Assembly: GCA_013203315.1 (NCBI GenBank)
Contig: JABMQJ010000014.1
Span: 1 to 40,427, forward strand
Direction of reading: 5' to 3'
Source of the DNA: Candidatus Omnitrophota bacterium
GTDB lineage: Bacteria; Omnitrophota; Gorgyraeia; JABMRN01; RBG-13-46-9
Length of the DNA: 40,427 bases
The notes under the pieces are model-generated. The model was not told the DNA's origin. It saw only the letters and a list, made by a program, of their open reading frames with translations, and made no database searches. The translations under genes and the position numbers were made by a program. Shown piece after piece: positions 1-9,722 of this stretch; within the stretch, counting starts at the first letter, position 1; every line of letters begins with the position of its first letter.

Positions 1-165
1 CATTGGCGAGTGCGGCGTGTACGTTCGACGGAGCTCTTCCTTCTTCAAAAAATTGTAGTACGCTAAATGTATTTTTATTATTTTGGAAAGAAAGGATCTC
101 CTATAATCGGCAAAAAAGCCGCCCTCACCAATACCCTCTCATTCCGTAAGTTTACTAGGTTTGCG

Positions 166-1629
166 TTAGATCCTATTTAGGTCGACGGCGAGAGAAGAGG
201 AGGATTTTTCGTTTTTGAGCCAGCTTTCGAGGGCTTTCATCTTTTTTATGGTGAAGACCTTGTTTTTGTAGTCTTCCTTTTCGTTTTCGAATTTCTTGAC
301 ATCTATAAGCTCAATCTCTACCGGTTCTATGAGGGCGAAGCCTTTTCGTACTTCTATGGGTGAAGAAAGCTCACCTACTTCAAGCCTTAAGGCGCTTCCC
401 ACGATTTTATATGCTTCCCCGACACCTTCGACATAATCGAATCTTGTAATAAAGTCGGTTTGGCGAAGTTCCAGATTGTATTTGGCGGCTATTTTCTTCA
501 GAGACATGTTTTTGTCTTTGGCCTCAGAATAAATATTTTCCGCTTCGCGCCCGGCCAGGACATTCGCTTCCTCATCTTTTAGGACATCTCTAATGTAAGT
601 CGAAACCAGCTCTCTTGATTTAATTCCGGGGGAAAGCTTTTCTTTTACCATGATGATGTAGGAAGTTCCTATGTCATTCTCGGAAATAAGAGGAATCACG
701 TCCATAAGCGGTCTTAACCTGGATGAGAGAATGCTGGCCTCGCCCGCATTTTCTAATTCAGGAACAATCTCGTCTCTTGAAAAAGGAGCCGTTTCTCCGA
801 CTTCTAGATTTAAGCGTTTAGCTGTTTTTGTGAAGTCACGTCCGTGGCGCCTCAACTTGTCATAGGAAGTTTTTAAGTCGGACAGTACGCTTTCCTTCGC
901 GCCCTCTTCCTTATGAGGAAAAGCGACATATTGAAGAACAGTTTTCTCCGGCTCCGCAAAAAGCCCCTCATTTTTTTCATAAAAGAGAGTTATCGCACTT
1001 TCAGAAACCTCCACGTCTTTCCTAAAAAGATCTTTGTCGATTACCACGTAAGAAAGCTTAACCTTTTCAAATTCATTTTTATACGACTTAAGGACTTCCT
1101 CGTCGGATACATTAACATTTTTTATGATTGCTTCTTTGAATTTTGCATTAACTAAGAAGTTTCTTACATTCTCCTCAAAGGTGCGCGGTGTCATACCAAG
1201 ACTATTTTTCAGAATATAATTATATAGTTTATCGTCAAATATACGACCCCTCGAAAAAAGAGGGTGGCGTGTTATGAACCCTACAACTTCTCTATTGGAG
1301 ACGGTAATTTTATCTTTTCCGGCGGTTCTTTTTATCATTAAATTTTCCCAGGCCAGGCGGTTTAAAAGAGGCCTGTCTTTTTGTATCTTATCGAGCACTT
1401 CGGATTGATTGAAATAACTCAAAAAAAGGCCAACCTGCACATCCTTTATGCTTTCCACGAAATCATCAACAGGCACTTTTTTCCCATCAATCGTCCCGAT
1501 GTATTTAAAAGGCGTGCTTTTTTGTGAAAGGCTTCCTGCGCCCCAGAGGACGAAAGCAGGGATAATTATAATGGCAAGGCCCCACAGAACTTTCTTAGCT
1601 ATTTTCTTTTTTCTTAAAAGGGTAAGCAT
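166..1629 (-). CDS. PpiD/SurA N-terminal domain membrane-anchored chaperone (peptidyl-prolyl isomerase-like)
   Basis: MLTLLRKK..KKVLWGLAIIIIPAFVLWG TM anchor, GTIDGKKV, 'VSDEEVLKSY' helical SurA_N pattern. Start moved from 1935 to ATG 1629, which has a GGAG SD and a sigma70 promoter upstream. Confidence 0.8.
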   Translation of the reverse strand: MLTLLRKKKIAKKVLWGLAIIIIPAFVLWGAGSLSQKSTPFKYIGTIDGKKVPVDDFVESIKDVQVGLFLSYFNQSEVLDKIQKDRPLLNRLAWENLMIKRTAGKDKITVSNREVVGFITRHPLFSRGRIFDDKLYNYILKNSLGMTPRTFEENVRNFLVNAKFKEAIIKNVNVSDEEVLKSYKNEFEKVKLSYVVIDKDLFRKDVEVSESAITLFYEKNEGLFAEPEKTVLQYVAFPHKEEGAKESVLSDLKTSYDKLRRHGRDFTKTAKRLNLEVGETAPFSRDEIVPELENAGEASILSSRLRPLMDVIPLISENDIGTSYIIMVKEKLSPGIKSRELVSTYIRDVLKDEEANVLAGREAENIYSEAKDKNMSLKKIAAKYNLELRQTDFITRFDYVEGVGEAYKIVGSALRLEVGELSSPIEVRKGFALIEPVEIELIDVKKFENEKEDYKNKVFTIKKMKALESWLKNEKSSSSLAVDLNRI

Positions 1630-1654
1630 GATCTTTCTCCTTTTGTTTTGTGTT

Positions 1655-1683
1655 ATTATATGGTTTTTCGGTGACTTACGCAA
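1655..1683 (-). promoter_or_regulatory. sigma70 promoter for the PpiD-like gene
   Basis: Minus strand TTGCGT-17 nt-TATAAT. Confidence 0.65.
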
Positions 1684-1717
1684 GCATTTTAACGCATATT
1701 CACTCCGCCCAAATACC

Positions 1718-1746
1718 TTGACACTATACCCTAATATAGATATAAT
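1718..1746 (+). promoter_or_regulatory. Consensus sigma70 promoter of the small ORF-hisG operon
   Basis: TTGACA-17 nt-TATAAT, perfect consensus, divergent from the PpiD promoter. Confidence 0.8.
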
Positions 1747-1767
1747 ATACACGATTTGGTTATACCG

Positions 1768-1908
1768 ATGAATAAGATGCGTAAACGCAGGGTAAAAATA
1801 AGGAAAAAGTGGGTCATAAACCCGAGGACCCGCGTTAAAGAGAGCAAGAAAATATACTCGCGAAAGACGAGTAAAAAACAGCTTAAGAAAGAGCTGAAGA
1901 GGGCATAA
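1768..1908 (+). CDS. Small highly basic hypothetical protein (46 aa)
   Basis: Hand translation [46 protein letters not shown]. Fills the gap between the promoter and hisG; stop is 2 nt before the hisG ATG. Alternative start at 1777. Confidence 0.7.
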   Translation: MNKMRKRRVKIRKKWVINPRTRVKESKKIYSRKTSKKQLKKELKRA

Positions 1909-1910
1909 GA

Positions 1911-2780
1911 ATGAAACTAAAACTTGGCATACCAAAGGGCAGTTTACAGGATTTGACGGTTAAGCTTTTCGATAAAGCGGGCTTTACCATCAATATTTCA
2001 AAGAGAAGCTATTTTCCGTCCATAGACGACAAAGAGATTGAGGCGGTGCTTTTCAGGGCGCAGGAGATGTCGCGTTATGTCGAAAGCGGCATAATCGACT
2101 GCGGCATTACCGGAAGAGACTGGATTTTGGAAAACAACTCTAAGGTCGTAAAAGTGGCAGAACTTGTCTACGCAAAACAGAGCCTTAAACCGGTGCGCTG
2201 GGTGTTGGCGGTTCCCGAAGGGTCTCCCATAAGAAGCGTAAAAGACCTTAGGAATAAAAGCATAGCGACTGAACTCGTCAATGTTACAAAAAGCTACCTG
2301 AGGAAAAAGGGCGTAAAAGCCGACGTTGAATTCAGCTGGGGTGCCACAGAGGTTAAGGCGCGAATGGGCATGGACGCCATTGTCGAAGTTACCGAAACCG
2401 GCGCAAGCTTAAGGGCCAACGGCCTTAGGATTATAGACACGATATGTGAATCAACAACGCAGTTTATCGCAAATAAAAAAGCGTGGAAGGACCCCAAGAA
2501 GAAAAAAAAGATAGAAAAAATCGTTCTTCTTTTAAAGGGAGCAATTCTGGCAGCCCAGAAAGTGGGCTTAAAGATGAACGTATCAAAGAAGGACTTAAAC
2601 AAAGTGCTTAAAATATTGCCTGCCATGAAAAAACCCACTATTTCACAACTTTCGCAAAAAGGATGGTTTGACATAGATACGATAATAGACGAAGAGACCG
2701 TGAAAGAAATTATCCCGAACCTGAAAAAAGCAGGCGCTCAAGGGATCATAGAGTATCCGCTTAACAAAGTTATATATTAA
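1911..2780 (+). CDS. hisG: ATP phosphoribosyltransferase (long form)
   Basis: [32 protein letters not shown] motifs and C-terminal regulatory domain (PTIS...[12 protein letters not shown]). Confidence 0.97.
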   Translation: MKLKLGIPKGSLQDLTVKLFDKAGFTINISKRSYFPSIDDKEIEAVLFRAQEMSRYVESGIIDCGITGRDWILENNSKVVKVAELVYAKQSLKPVRWVLAVPEGSPIRSVKDLRNKSIATELVNVTKSYLRKKGVKADVEFSWGATEVKARMGMDAIVEVTETGASLRANGLRIIDTICESTTQFIANKKAWKDPKKKKKIEKIVLLLKGAILAAQKVGLKMNVSKKDLNKVLKILPAMKKPTISQLSQKGWFDIDTIIDEETVKEIIPNLKKAGAQGIIEYPLNKVIY

Positions 2781-2794
2781 ACAAGGAGGAAAGT

Positions 2795-2890
2795 ATGCCT
2801 TGCGGAAGAAAAAGAAAAAGACACAAGATTAAAACGCACAAAAGAAAAAAAAGACTAAGAAGAGACAGGCATAAGAAGAGAAATCGCTAA
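2795..2890 (+). CDS. bS22/mS38 (AURKAIP1/COX24)-like small basic ribosomal peptide, 31 aa
   Basis: MPCGRKRKRHKIKTHKRKKRLRRDRHKKRNR* with strong AAGGAGG SD; matches the Bacteroidota-type bS22 pattern as recalled. Confidence 0.85.
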   Translation: MPCGRKRKRHKIKTHKRKKRLRRDRHKKRNR

Positions 2891-2922
2891 TTAGTTTCGC
2901 TACGGAAAGCAGCTGAAAATAC

Positions 2923-4410
2923 GTGACTTTCAACCGAATTTTTGTTGTACTTCTTTGGGTAATTTTAACCCTACACCCTCTCGGAGGAGAATCTCGGGCG
3001 GCTAAAGATACTCTTGCATCCGGGACCGGGGTTTCTAAAAAAGAAAAACCGCAAGATACCCGCACTTTAGCAAAAGGACAGCAAAGTAAGGCGCTTGCTC
3101 ATTACGCGATGGGCGTTATCTATGACAAAGAAGGCAAGATAGACCAAGCTATCGGTGAGTACAGAAAGAGCCTGAAATACAATCCGCACTCTACGCAAAC
3201 CCGTTTAAAGCTGGGGATGGATTATCTTATTTTGGGCGATGATAAAAGAGCTGTTAAAGAGTTTGAACTCATAAAAAAAACCGATTCCGAAAATGTATAC
3301 GCGCGATTTCTTCTTGCGTTAATCTATACATCGCGCGGTAATTTTACCGAAGCGCAAAAAGAGTACGAAAAAATTGTAGAGCAGGAACCCGGGGATTTAA
3401 GGGCCTTATCGTCACTCGCTGATATCTTTGTTATACAGGAGAAGATGGAATCCGCTGAAAATGTGTATGAAAAACTCCTCGAGAAAGACCCGGAAAGTGC
3501 CGTTCTCCATTTTAATCTGGGGATAATATATAACAGATTGGGTAAGAGAGATAAAGCCCTTGTCGAGATGGAAGAGGCGGTAGCAAAAGACCCGGGGTAC
3601 ATGGAAGCGTATTTAATGCGCGGTGTTTTACTCGAAATGAACAAAGACTACGAAAAAGCCGCAACAAGTTATAAAGACGCCTTAAAAATAGATCCGTTAG
3701 ACGCAAAAATTTATACGCGTCTCGGACGCGTATACTCTGAAGCGGGAAAAACAGAAGACGCTATTAAGCAATACAGGATCGCGATTAGCCTTTCCCCCGA
3801 AGACATAAAGGGGTATGTTTCGCTAGGCTATCTATACGCGGGAGAAAAAAGATATAAAGAAGCCCTGGACGTATTGAAAGATGCAGTGGCAAAGAATCCC
3901 AAAAATGCAATGGCTTATTTTTACACGGGGGTAATTTACGAAAGAATGTCTTCTTCTCTCGAGGCGCCTAGTGACGGGCCCCCAAAAGAGATAGCAATAA
4001 AAAACTTTAGGAAAGCTATAGAATTTGATCCCAAATTCGCGGAAGCATATAATTACTTAGCTTATACATTTGCCGAAGACGAAACGAACTTGGATGAAGC
4101 TATTGAGCTGGCAAATAAAGCCCTGGAACTCGAACCGGATAACGGCGCTTATATCGATACCCTGGGGTGGCTCTATCTGAAAAAAGGCATGATTGACGAA
4201 GCCGTTAAAGAGCTTGAAAGGGCAAATGACATTGAAAAAGAAGACTCGATTATAAGAGACCACTTGGGGGACGCTTATTTCGAAAAAGGCCTTTTTAGTA
4301 AAGCAAGAGTCCAATGGGAAAAGTCTTTGGAACTTAACCCCGATCAGGAAAAAGTAAGACAAAAAATAAAAGCGCTAAAAGCAAATAAAAAAATGCAGGG
4401 AAAGGAATAA
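2923..4410 (+). CDS. Exported tetratricopeptide repeat protein
   Basis: Signal peptide, many TPR units, C-terminal AYNYLAY...ALELEPDNGAYIDTLGWLY...DHLGDAY typical of the TPR gene found upstream of ispE. Confidence 0.9.
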   Translation: MTFNRIFVVLLWVILTLHPLGGESRAAKDTLASGTGVSKKEKPQDTRTLAKGQQSKALAHYAMGVIYDKEGKIDQAIGEYRKSLKYNPHSTQTRLKLGMDYLILGDDKRAVKEFELIKKTDSENVYARFLLALIYTSRGNFTEAQKEYEKIVEQEPGDLRALSSLADIFVIQEKMESAENVYEKLLEKDPESAVLHFNLGIIYNRLGKRDKALVEMEEAVAKDPGYMEAYLMRGVLLEMNKDYEKAATSYKDALKIDPLDAKIYTRLGRVYSEAGKTEDAIKQYRIAISLSPEDIKGYVSLGYLYAGEKRYKEALDVLKDAVAKNPKNAMAYFYTGVIYERMSSSLEAPSDGPPKEIAIKNFRKAIEFDPKFAEAYNYLAYTFAEDETNLDEAIELANKALELEPDNGAYIDTLGWLYLKKGMIDEAVKELERANDIEKEDSIIRDHLGDAYFEKGLFSKARVQWEKSLELNPDQEKVRQKIKALKANKKMQGKE

Positions 4411-4411
4411 C

Positions 4412-5254
4412 ATGGCCAAAAAGGCGCACCCGGATATAAGAGCACTTAAGAAAAAAGCCGTGCAAATCAGAAAAGATATATTAACTATGCTTGAAAAAGC
4501 GGCGAGCGGACATACGGGCGGAAGCCTTTCTTTAGTAGAGATTATGGTCGCTTTATATTATTACAAAATAAAACATGACCCAAAAAAACCTGATTGGCCC
4601 GGGCGCGACAAAGTCATTTTATCCAAAGGACACGCCTGCCCGACGCTTTACGCTATTTTGGCTGACTTGGGATATTTTCCGCGGGAAGAACTATGGACTT
4701 TAAGAAAACTCGGTTCGAGATTACAGGGACACCCCCAGATCGGGCTTCCGGGTGTAGAGATATCGAGCGGTTCTTTGGGGCAGGGGCTTTCAATAGCTAA
4801 CGGCATGGCGCTTGCAAACAAAATGGACGGAATAAAAACAAAAACATATTGCATCATGGGTGACGGAGAAACAAACGAAGGCCAGGTGTGGGAAGCCGCT
4901 ATGACAGCCAGTCACTATAAGCTGGATAACGTGTGCGGCATAATCGATTTTAATAAAATGCAGATAGACGGTTTCTGTTGCGATGTAAAAGAACTGGAGC
5001 CTTACGCCAAAAAATGGCAGGATTTCGGATGGCATGCGATAGAAGTTGATGGTCATGATCCGGAATGTCTCACGAGAGCCCTGGATGAGGCTGACGAGGT
5101 TAAAAATAAACCGCAAGTCATTATAGCCCACACTGTAAAGGGCAAAGGAATTTCTTTTGTCGAAAACCAGGTTAAGTGGCATGGTATAGCCCCTAAAAAA
5201 GAAGAACTCGAGAGGGCACTAAAAGAACTGGATGCCCAGTTAAAAACCCTATAA
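4412..5254 (+). CDS. Transketolase N-terminal (TPP-binding) subunit
   Basis: SGHTGGSLS, LSKGHA, LQGHP, GSLGQG, GDGE...N TPP motif. Confidence 0.95.
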   Translation: MAKKAHPDIRALKKKAVQIRKDILTMLEKAASGHTGGSLSLVEIMVALYYYKIKHDPKKPDWPGRDKVILSKGHACPTLYAILADLGYFPREELWTLRKLGSRLQGHPQIGLPGVEISSGSLGQGLSIANGMALANKMDGIKTKTYCIMGDGETNEGQVWEAAMTASHYKLDNVCGIIDFNKMQIDGFCCDVKELEPYAKKWQDFGWHAIEVDGHDPECLTRALDEADEVKNKPQVIIAHTVKGKGISFVENQVKWHGIAPKKEELERALKELDAQLKTL

Positions 5255-5266
5255 AGGAGTTTTAAA

Positions 5267-6880
5267 ATGCTAAATCGAAGATTTATAATGTATTTCAGGA
5301 TGTACAAGGTAATCGTTATTGTCGGATTCTTAATAGCGATCCTCATAGTGCTTTCCGTATTGGGCCTTAGAAGCCTGGAATCTTTTTATAGAAAGATGAC
5401 GCTTGCCACTATGCCGCTTCAGTTTTTGATGGCGGGTGTTCATGCCGCAATTTTCGTTTTCATGTATCTTGTGTTTTTAAGAGGCGGCTTTGCTAAACTC
5501 GATAAAGCGCCTATTAAAGGCAAAGATGTCGATGTGAGATGGAAAGACGTCATAGGCATGGAAGGCGCAAAGCAGGAAGCTTGGGAAGTCGTGCAGCTTA
5601 TAAGAGATAGGGCCCGCCTTAAAGCAATTGGCGGAAAAGTAATAAAAGGCCTTCTCATGATAGGCCCTCCGGGATGCGGAAAAACGTATCTCGCAAAAGC
5701 CATAGCGACAGAGGCAAGACTTCCTTTTATTTCGATGTCCGGAAGCGAATTCGTAGAAGTATTTGTAGGCGTGGGAGCATCCAGGGTAAGAAAGCTTTTT
5801 AAAAAAGCCAGGAATCTCGCGTACGGTTACGGCGGGTGTATTATTTTCTTAGATGAGATAGACTCTGTCGGAAGATCGAGGTCTTTCAGCTTCATGGGAG
5901 GACAGGAGACAAATTCAACCCAGAACCAGCTTCTGGCAGAACTCGACGGCCTAAAAGAAAAAGGCCACAATATTGTGGTAATAGCCGCGACAAACGCCCC
6001 GGAAGAAGCGCTCGACGCCGCCCTTAAAAGGCCCGGCAGGTTCGACAGAATGATATACATTACGCGTCCCAACCAGGAAGACAGAGAAAAAATATTTCAA
6101 TACTATTTATCCGCAGTAAGCATTGAAGAGGATATTGATACGCCCAGACTCGCCAGGCGAGCCGTATCTAAAACTCCTGCAGATATAGAAAATCTCGTAA
6201 AGGAAGCAGCGCTTATCGCAACGCGAAGAAAAAAGACAAAGATAGGATGGGAAGAGATAAGCGAGGCGTTTGAAAGAATCGAGCTCGGTATTAAACACCC
6301 ACTTACGATGACTCGGAAAGAAAAAGAAATGACCGCTTACCACGAATCCGGCCACCTTATGATAACATACCTCCTGCATCCTACAGACGATGTTTTTAAA
6401 GCCTCCATCATACCGAGAAGAGGGAGTCTCGGCGTAGTCTATCACACGCCGACAGAAGAACTTCACACAAAGTCCAAAGAAGGTTATCTGGCGGATATAA
6501 AAACAGCTCTCGGCGGCTATGTGGCCGAAAAACTCAAAGTAGGCGTTACCTCAAGCGGTGTTGCAAGCGATTTCCGGAAAGCGATGATGGCAGCTCACAC
6601 CATGGTTTGGAGGTTGGGCATGGGCGATTCGGGAGTTTTAGGGGACTTCACTGTCGTGCCGCAAGAGCAGCTTTCCGAAGACATTAAAAAGAGATTAAAC
6701 GATGATACCAACAAAATATTTCAGAAATGCGTTAAGGAAGTAGAGGAGCTGCTTGTAAAGGAGCGACCCCTACTTGACAGGTTCGCGAAAGAACTTTTGG
6801 AGAAACAGGAACTGGAATATGATGAAATAGAGGCGATATTTAAGGAATTCGGAAAAAAGCCTCCCAAAAAAGAAAATTGA
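5267..6880 (+). CDS. FtsH-family ATP-dependent Zn metalloprotease (paralogue)
   Basis: Walker A GPPGCGKT, pore loop FVGVGA, Walker B IFLDEID, SRH RPGRFDR, HESGH Zn motif, two N-terminal TM helices. Confidence 0.9.
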   Translation: MLNRRFIMYFRMYKVIVIVGFLIAILIVLSVLGLRSLESFYRKMTLATMPLQFLMAGVHAAIFVFMYLVFLRGGFAKLDKAPIKGKDVDVRWKDVIGMEGAKQEAWEVVQLIRDRARLKAIGGKVIKGLLMIGPPGCGKTYLAKAIATEARLPFISMSGSEFVEVFVGVGASRVRKLFKKARNLAYGYGGCIIFLDEIDSVGRSRSFSFMGGQETNSTQNQLLAELDGLKEKGHNIVVIAATNAPEEALDAALKRPGRFDRMIYITRPNQEDREKIFQYYLSAVSIEEDIDTPRLARRAVSKTPADIENLVKEAALIATRRKKTKIGWEEISEAFERIELGIKHPLTMTRKEKEMTAYHESGHLMITYLLHPTDDVFKASIIPRRGSLGVVYHTPTEELHTKSKEGYLADIKTALGGYVAEKLKVGVTSSGVASDFRKAMMAAHTMVWRLGMGDSGVLGDFTVVPQEQLSEDIKKRLNDDTNKIFQKCVKEVEELLVKERPLLDRFAKELLEKQELEYDEIEAIFKEFGKKPPKKEN

Positions 6881-6885
6881 TATAA

Positions 6886-7875
6886 ATGAAATCCCTAATC
6901 TTCGTAAGTATCGCGCTTTCTCTTATGCTCGTTTCAAGCGGCTGCGGTGAAATTACGTATCCGAAAGAAACGTTGACCGATTCTGTAAAAAAGTTATGCA
7001 AAGAAGAATATAACTTAGACGTAGATGTAAGCCTTGCGGGAACGACGCTGGCGATATATCTGCCGTTACCGAACCTTTTTAACGTAACCCTAAGTCTGAG
7101 TGAGAAAGCGCAGGACAAGGTGCAGGACGTTTTGCTGGGCGCCTCGCGCATAGTTTTATCCACCGACGCGGACATAAAATTTTACTGCATCATAGCGCAG
7201 GACATAAGGCTCCCGGAAATACAGCTTGTTATAATTAAATACACCAATGATGTAAAGCGTGCTTTCTATCGCGATATTTCACGCGGCGAATATTTTAAAA
7301 GAACGCTTATAGACATAAATGAGAACCCACAGGCCAAGAAAGAACAGGCAATAATTGATGTTTTCGGTAAGATGGGACTGGATAAGAGAATGAAGGAGAA
7401 CGTGCTGGATGATTTTTTCAGGGCCCCGCCGAGTTCCTTGGAAGGCATAGGGTATTGGAGCGGAAAATTCTATATAAAAAATATCACGCTTGAAGAATTT
7501 TTGGCCGAACAAATGGCAAGCCGCATAAGAACACGTTTCAGAGAGAAAGAAGCATTAAAAGAATACGGGCTGAAGCTGGTTACCGGAACGTACGAAGGTA
7601 GCGTCAATCCGAAATTTTTCCTTATAGACTTCAAGGCAGAAAGCCTTTTATTCGTAGTGGATCCGGGCCAAAGGAAATTTATAGAAAAAGAAATTTTTAC
7701 AAATGTCTTTGAAGAGATAAGTGATGTTATATATGCTTATAAATTTCAAGATTTTAATCTAATCGAAATGATAGAAAAAAATTCAAACGAAAAACTTTTG
7801 GTCCCAAAAGAAGACGTGTATCTTTTTAAAAAAAGAAAGCTTGGTATTGACGCTATTTTGGGTGCCGTAAACTGA
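6886..7875 (+). CDS. Hypothetical lipoprotein
   Basis: MKSLIFVSIALSLMLVSSG-C lipobox-like signal; no recognisable domain. Confidence 0.7.
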   Translation: MKSLIFVSIALSLMLVSSGCGEITYPKETLTDSVKKLCKEEYNLDVDVSLAGTTLAIYLPLPNLFNVTLSLSEKAQDKVQDVLLGASRIVLSTDADIKFYCIIAQDIRLPEIQLVIIKYTNDVKRAFYRDISRGEYFKRTLIDINENPQAKKEQAIIDVFGKMGLDKRMKENVLDDFFRAPPSSLEGIGYWSGKFYIKNITLEEFLAEQMASRIRTRFREKEALKEYGLKLVTGTYEGSVNPKFFLIDFKAESLLFVVDPGQRKFIEKEIFTNVFEEISDVIYAYKFQDFNLIEMIEKNSNEKLLVPKEDVYLFKKRKLGIDAILGAVN

Positions 7876-7892
7876 TAAAGAAAGCAGGTGTT

Positions 7893-8849
7893 ATGCAGGA
7901 GATAAAACGAAAGCCTACCCGGGACGGAACCGGGGAAGCCATGAGGGACTTGGGAAGGAGCAACAAGGATGTTATCGTTCTTTCGGCGGATCTTACGGAT
8001 TCGACGAGGGCCGGCTGGTTTAAAAAAGAATTTCCTGATAGATTTATCAGTTTCGGGGTGGCAGAGCAGGATATGATCGGAGCCGCAGCCGGGCTTGCGT
8101 TATCCGGCAAGATTCCGTTTGCCTGCACGTTCGGTGTATTCGCAAGCGGACGGGCGTGGGATCAGGTAAGGGTTTCGGTGGCTTACATGAATCTCAACGT
8201 AAAAATCGTAGGAACGCACGGTGGCATAAGTGTCGGTGAAGACGGGGCCACCCACCAGGCTCTTGACGAAATTGCGCTCATGAGAATATTACCTAACATG
8301 ACTGTTGTCGTTCCCTGCGATGCCGTAGAGGCTTATAAAGCTACAACGCAGGCTGCCAGTATTCCGGGGCCTGTCTACTTAAGGCTGGGAAGAACGTCTG
8401 CCCCCGTTATAACGAAAGAAAGCGATCCATTTGAGATAGGAAAAGCGATTTTATATCGGGACGGCAAAGACGTTACCATTATTGCGTGCGGGCATTCAGT
8501 ATATGAAGCAAAAAAAGCAAGCGAAGCCTTAGAAAAAGAAGGGGTGAGCGCGCGTGTAATCGATTTACATACTCCCAAGCCACTCGATGAAGATATGATA
8601 CTTAAGGCGGCCAGAGAGACGGGCGCCTTTGTTACAGTTGAGGAACACAGTATATTTGGCGGCATGGGTAGCGCTGTATCTGAATTTGTATCGCAAAACC
8701 ACCCGGTACCCATGAGAATGCTCGGGATAAAAAATGAATTCGGTGAAAGCGGATCACCGCTGGAACTTTTGGAGCGTTTCCATTTGACTACAGAAGACGT
8801 TATAGGGGCCGTTCGCGAAGTGCTTAAGGCGAAGAAACGAAAGAAATGA
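7893..8849 (+). CDS. Transketolase C-terminal (pyrimidine-binding) subunit
   Basis: GVAEQDMIG, GEDGATHQ, GPVYLRLGR, VTVEEH. Confidence 0.95.
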   Translation: MQEIKRKPTRDGTGEAMRDLGRSNKDVIVLSADLTDSTRAGWFKKEFPDRFISFGVAEQDMIGAAAGLALSGKIPFACTFGVFASGRAWDQVRVSVAYMNLNVKIVGTHGGISVGEDGATHQALDEIALMRILPNMTVVVPCDAVEAYKATTQAASIPGPVYLRLGRTSAPVITKESDPFEIGKAILYRDGKDVTIIACGHSVYEAKKASEALEKEGVSARVIDLHTPKPLDEDMILKAARETGAFVTVEEHSIFGGMGSAVSEFVSQNHPVPMRMLGIKNEFGESGSPLELLERFHLTTEDVIGAVREVLKAKKRKK

Positions 8850-9670
8850 TTTTACACGCGCCGGCGAAGGTAAATTTACGCCTTCGGATTGTGGGCAAAA
8901 GGCCCGACGGATATCATAATATAGAAACGATTTTCGAACGGATCGCACTTTTTGATAAGATAACTTTGCGTTCTTTGAAAAATAATAAAATAAATATTTT
9001 CTGCGATCACTCCGGAGTGCCCAAAGGTAAGGCAGGGCTTATTTACAGGACAGTAAGCTTGCTAAAAAAAGAGAAACGCCTTCAAAGAGGAGTCGAGGTA
9101 AAAATTGTTAAAAAAATACCCGTGGCAGCGGGCCTGGGCGGCGGATCAAGCGACGCTGCCAGTGTTCTAATGGGCCTTAACAAACTGTGGAAAGTGTCAT
9201 TGGGGAAACGTGAGCTTATTAGGCTCGGTAGAAAATTAGGTGCAGATATTCCTTTTTTTCTTAGTAATGTTACGTTTGCCCGAGCCTCCGGAAAAGGCGA
9301 TGAAATTACGCCACTTAGATGGAAAAAGAAAATATGGCATCTCCTTATTTCGCCGAAAATAAAGCTATTATCAAAAGATATTTACAGGGCTTACGATAAA
9401 AATCCGATTTCAGTAATGAAACGCACGAGAATCCTTATAGGAAACGATTTAGAGCGATCTGTCATACAAAAAGAGCCTCTTGTAGGCAGGTTGAAAGACG
9501 CATTAAAGGACATAGGATTAACGCATTCGTTGGTTTCCGGGAGTGGTCCCAGCGTTTTTGCCATATTTGATAAAAGAAAGGAGGCCGAGAAGGCGAAGAA
9601 GTTACTGGTTAAGGGCTTCCCTGTAATCAGAAAAAAGGGATGGCAAATTTTCGTAGTCCCTACGCTATAG
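8846..9670 (+). CDS. ispE: 4-diphosphocytidyl-2-C-methyl-D-erythritol kinase
   Basis: APAKVNL, GYHNIET, KKIPVAAGLGGGSSDAA, GADIPFF, VSGSGPSVF. Confidence 0.96.
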   Translation: MILHAPAKVNLRLRIVGKRPDGYHNIETIFERIALFDKITLRSLKNNKINIFCDHSGVPKGKAGLIYRTVSLLKKEKRLQRGVEVKIVKKIPVAAGLGGGSSDAASVLMGLNKLWKVSLGKRELIRLGRKLGADIPFFLSNVTFARASGKGDEITPLRWKKKIWHLLISPKIKLLSKDIYRAYDKNPISVMKRTRILIGNDLERSVIQKEPLVGRLKDALKDIGLTHSLVSGSGPSVFAIFDKRKEAEKAKKLLVKGFPVIRKKGWQIFVVPTL

Positions 9671-9722
9671 AGATTTCCGCGAAAGCGAAAGACAGTACGC
9701 TGCGAACAAGGAGGAGAGAGGT

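Noticed and set aside
1-165. Possible gene start or terminator at the left edge
   Set aside because: Open frames on the minus strand lack a convincing start/SD, and the CGGC-A6-GCCG stem is too weak; unresolved
1768-1908. His attenuator leader peptide
   Set aside because: No His codons and no terminator before hisG
1630-1935. 102-aa N-terminal extension of the 589-aa track ORF
   Set aside because: Overlaps divergent promoters, the small ORF and hisG; the SD-supported start is 1629
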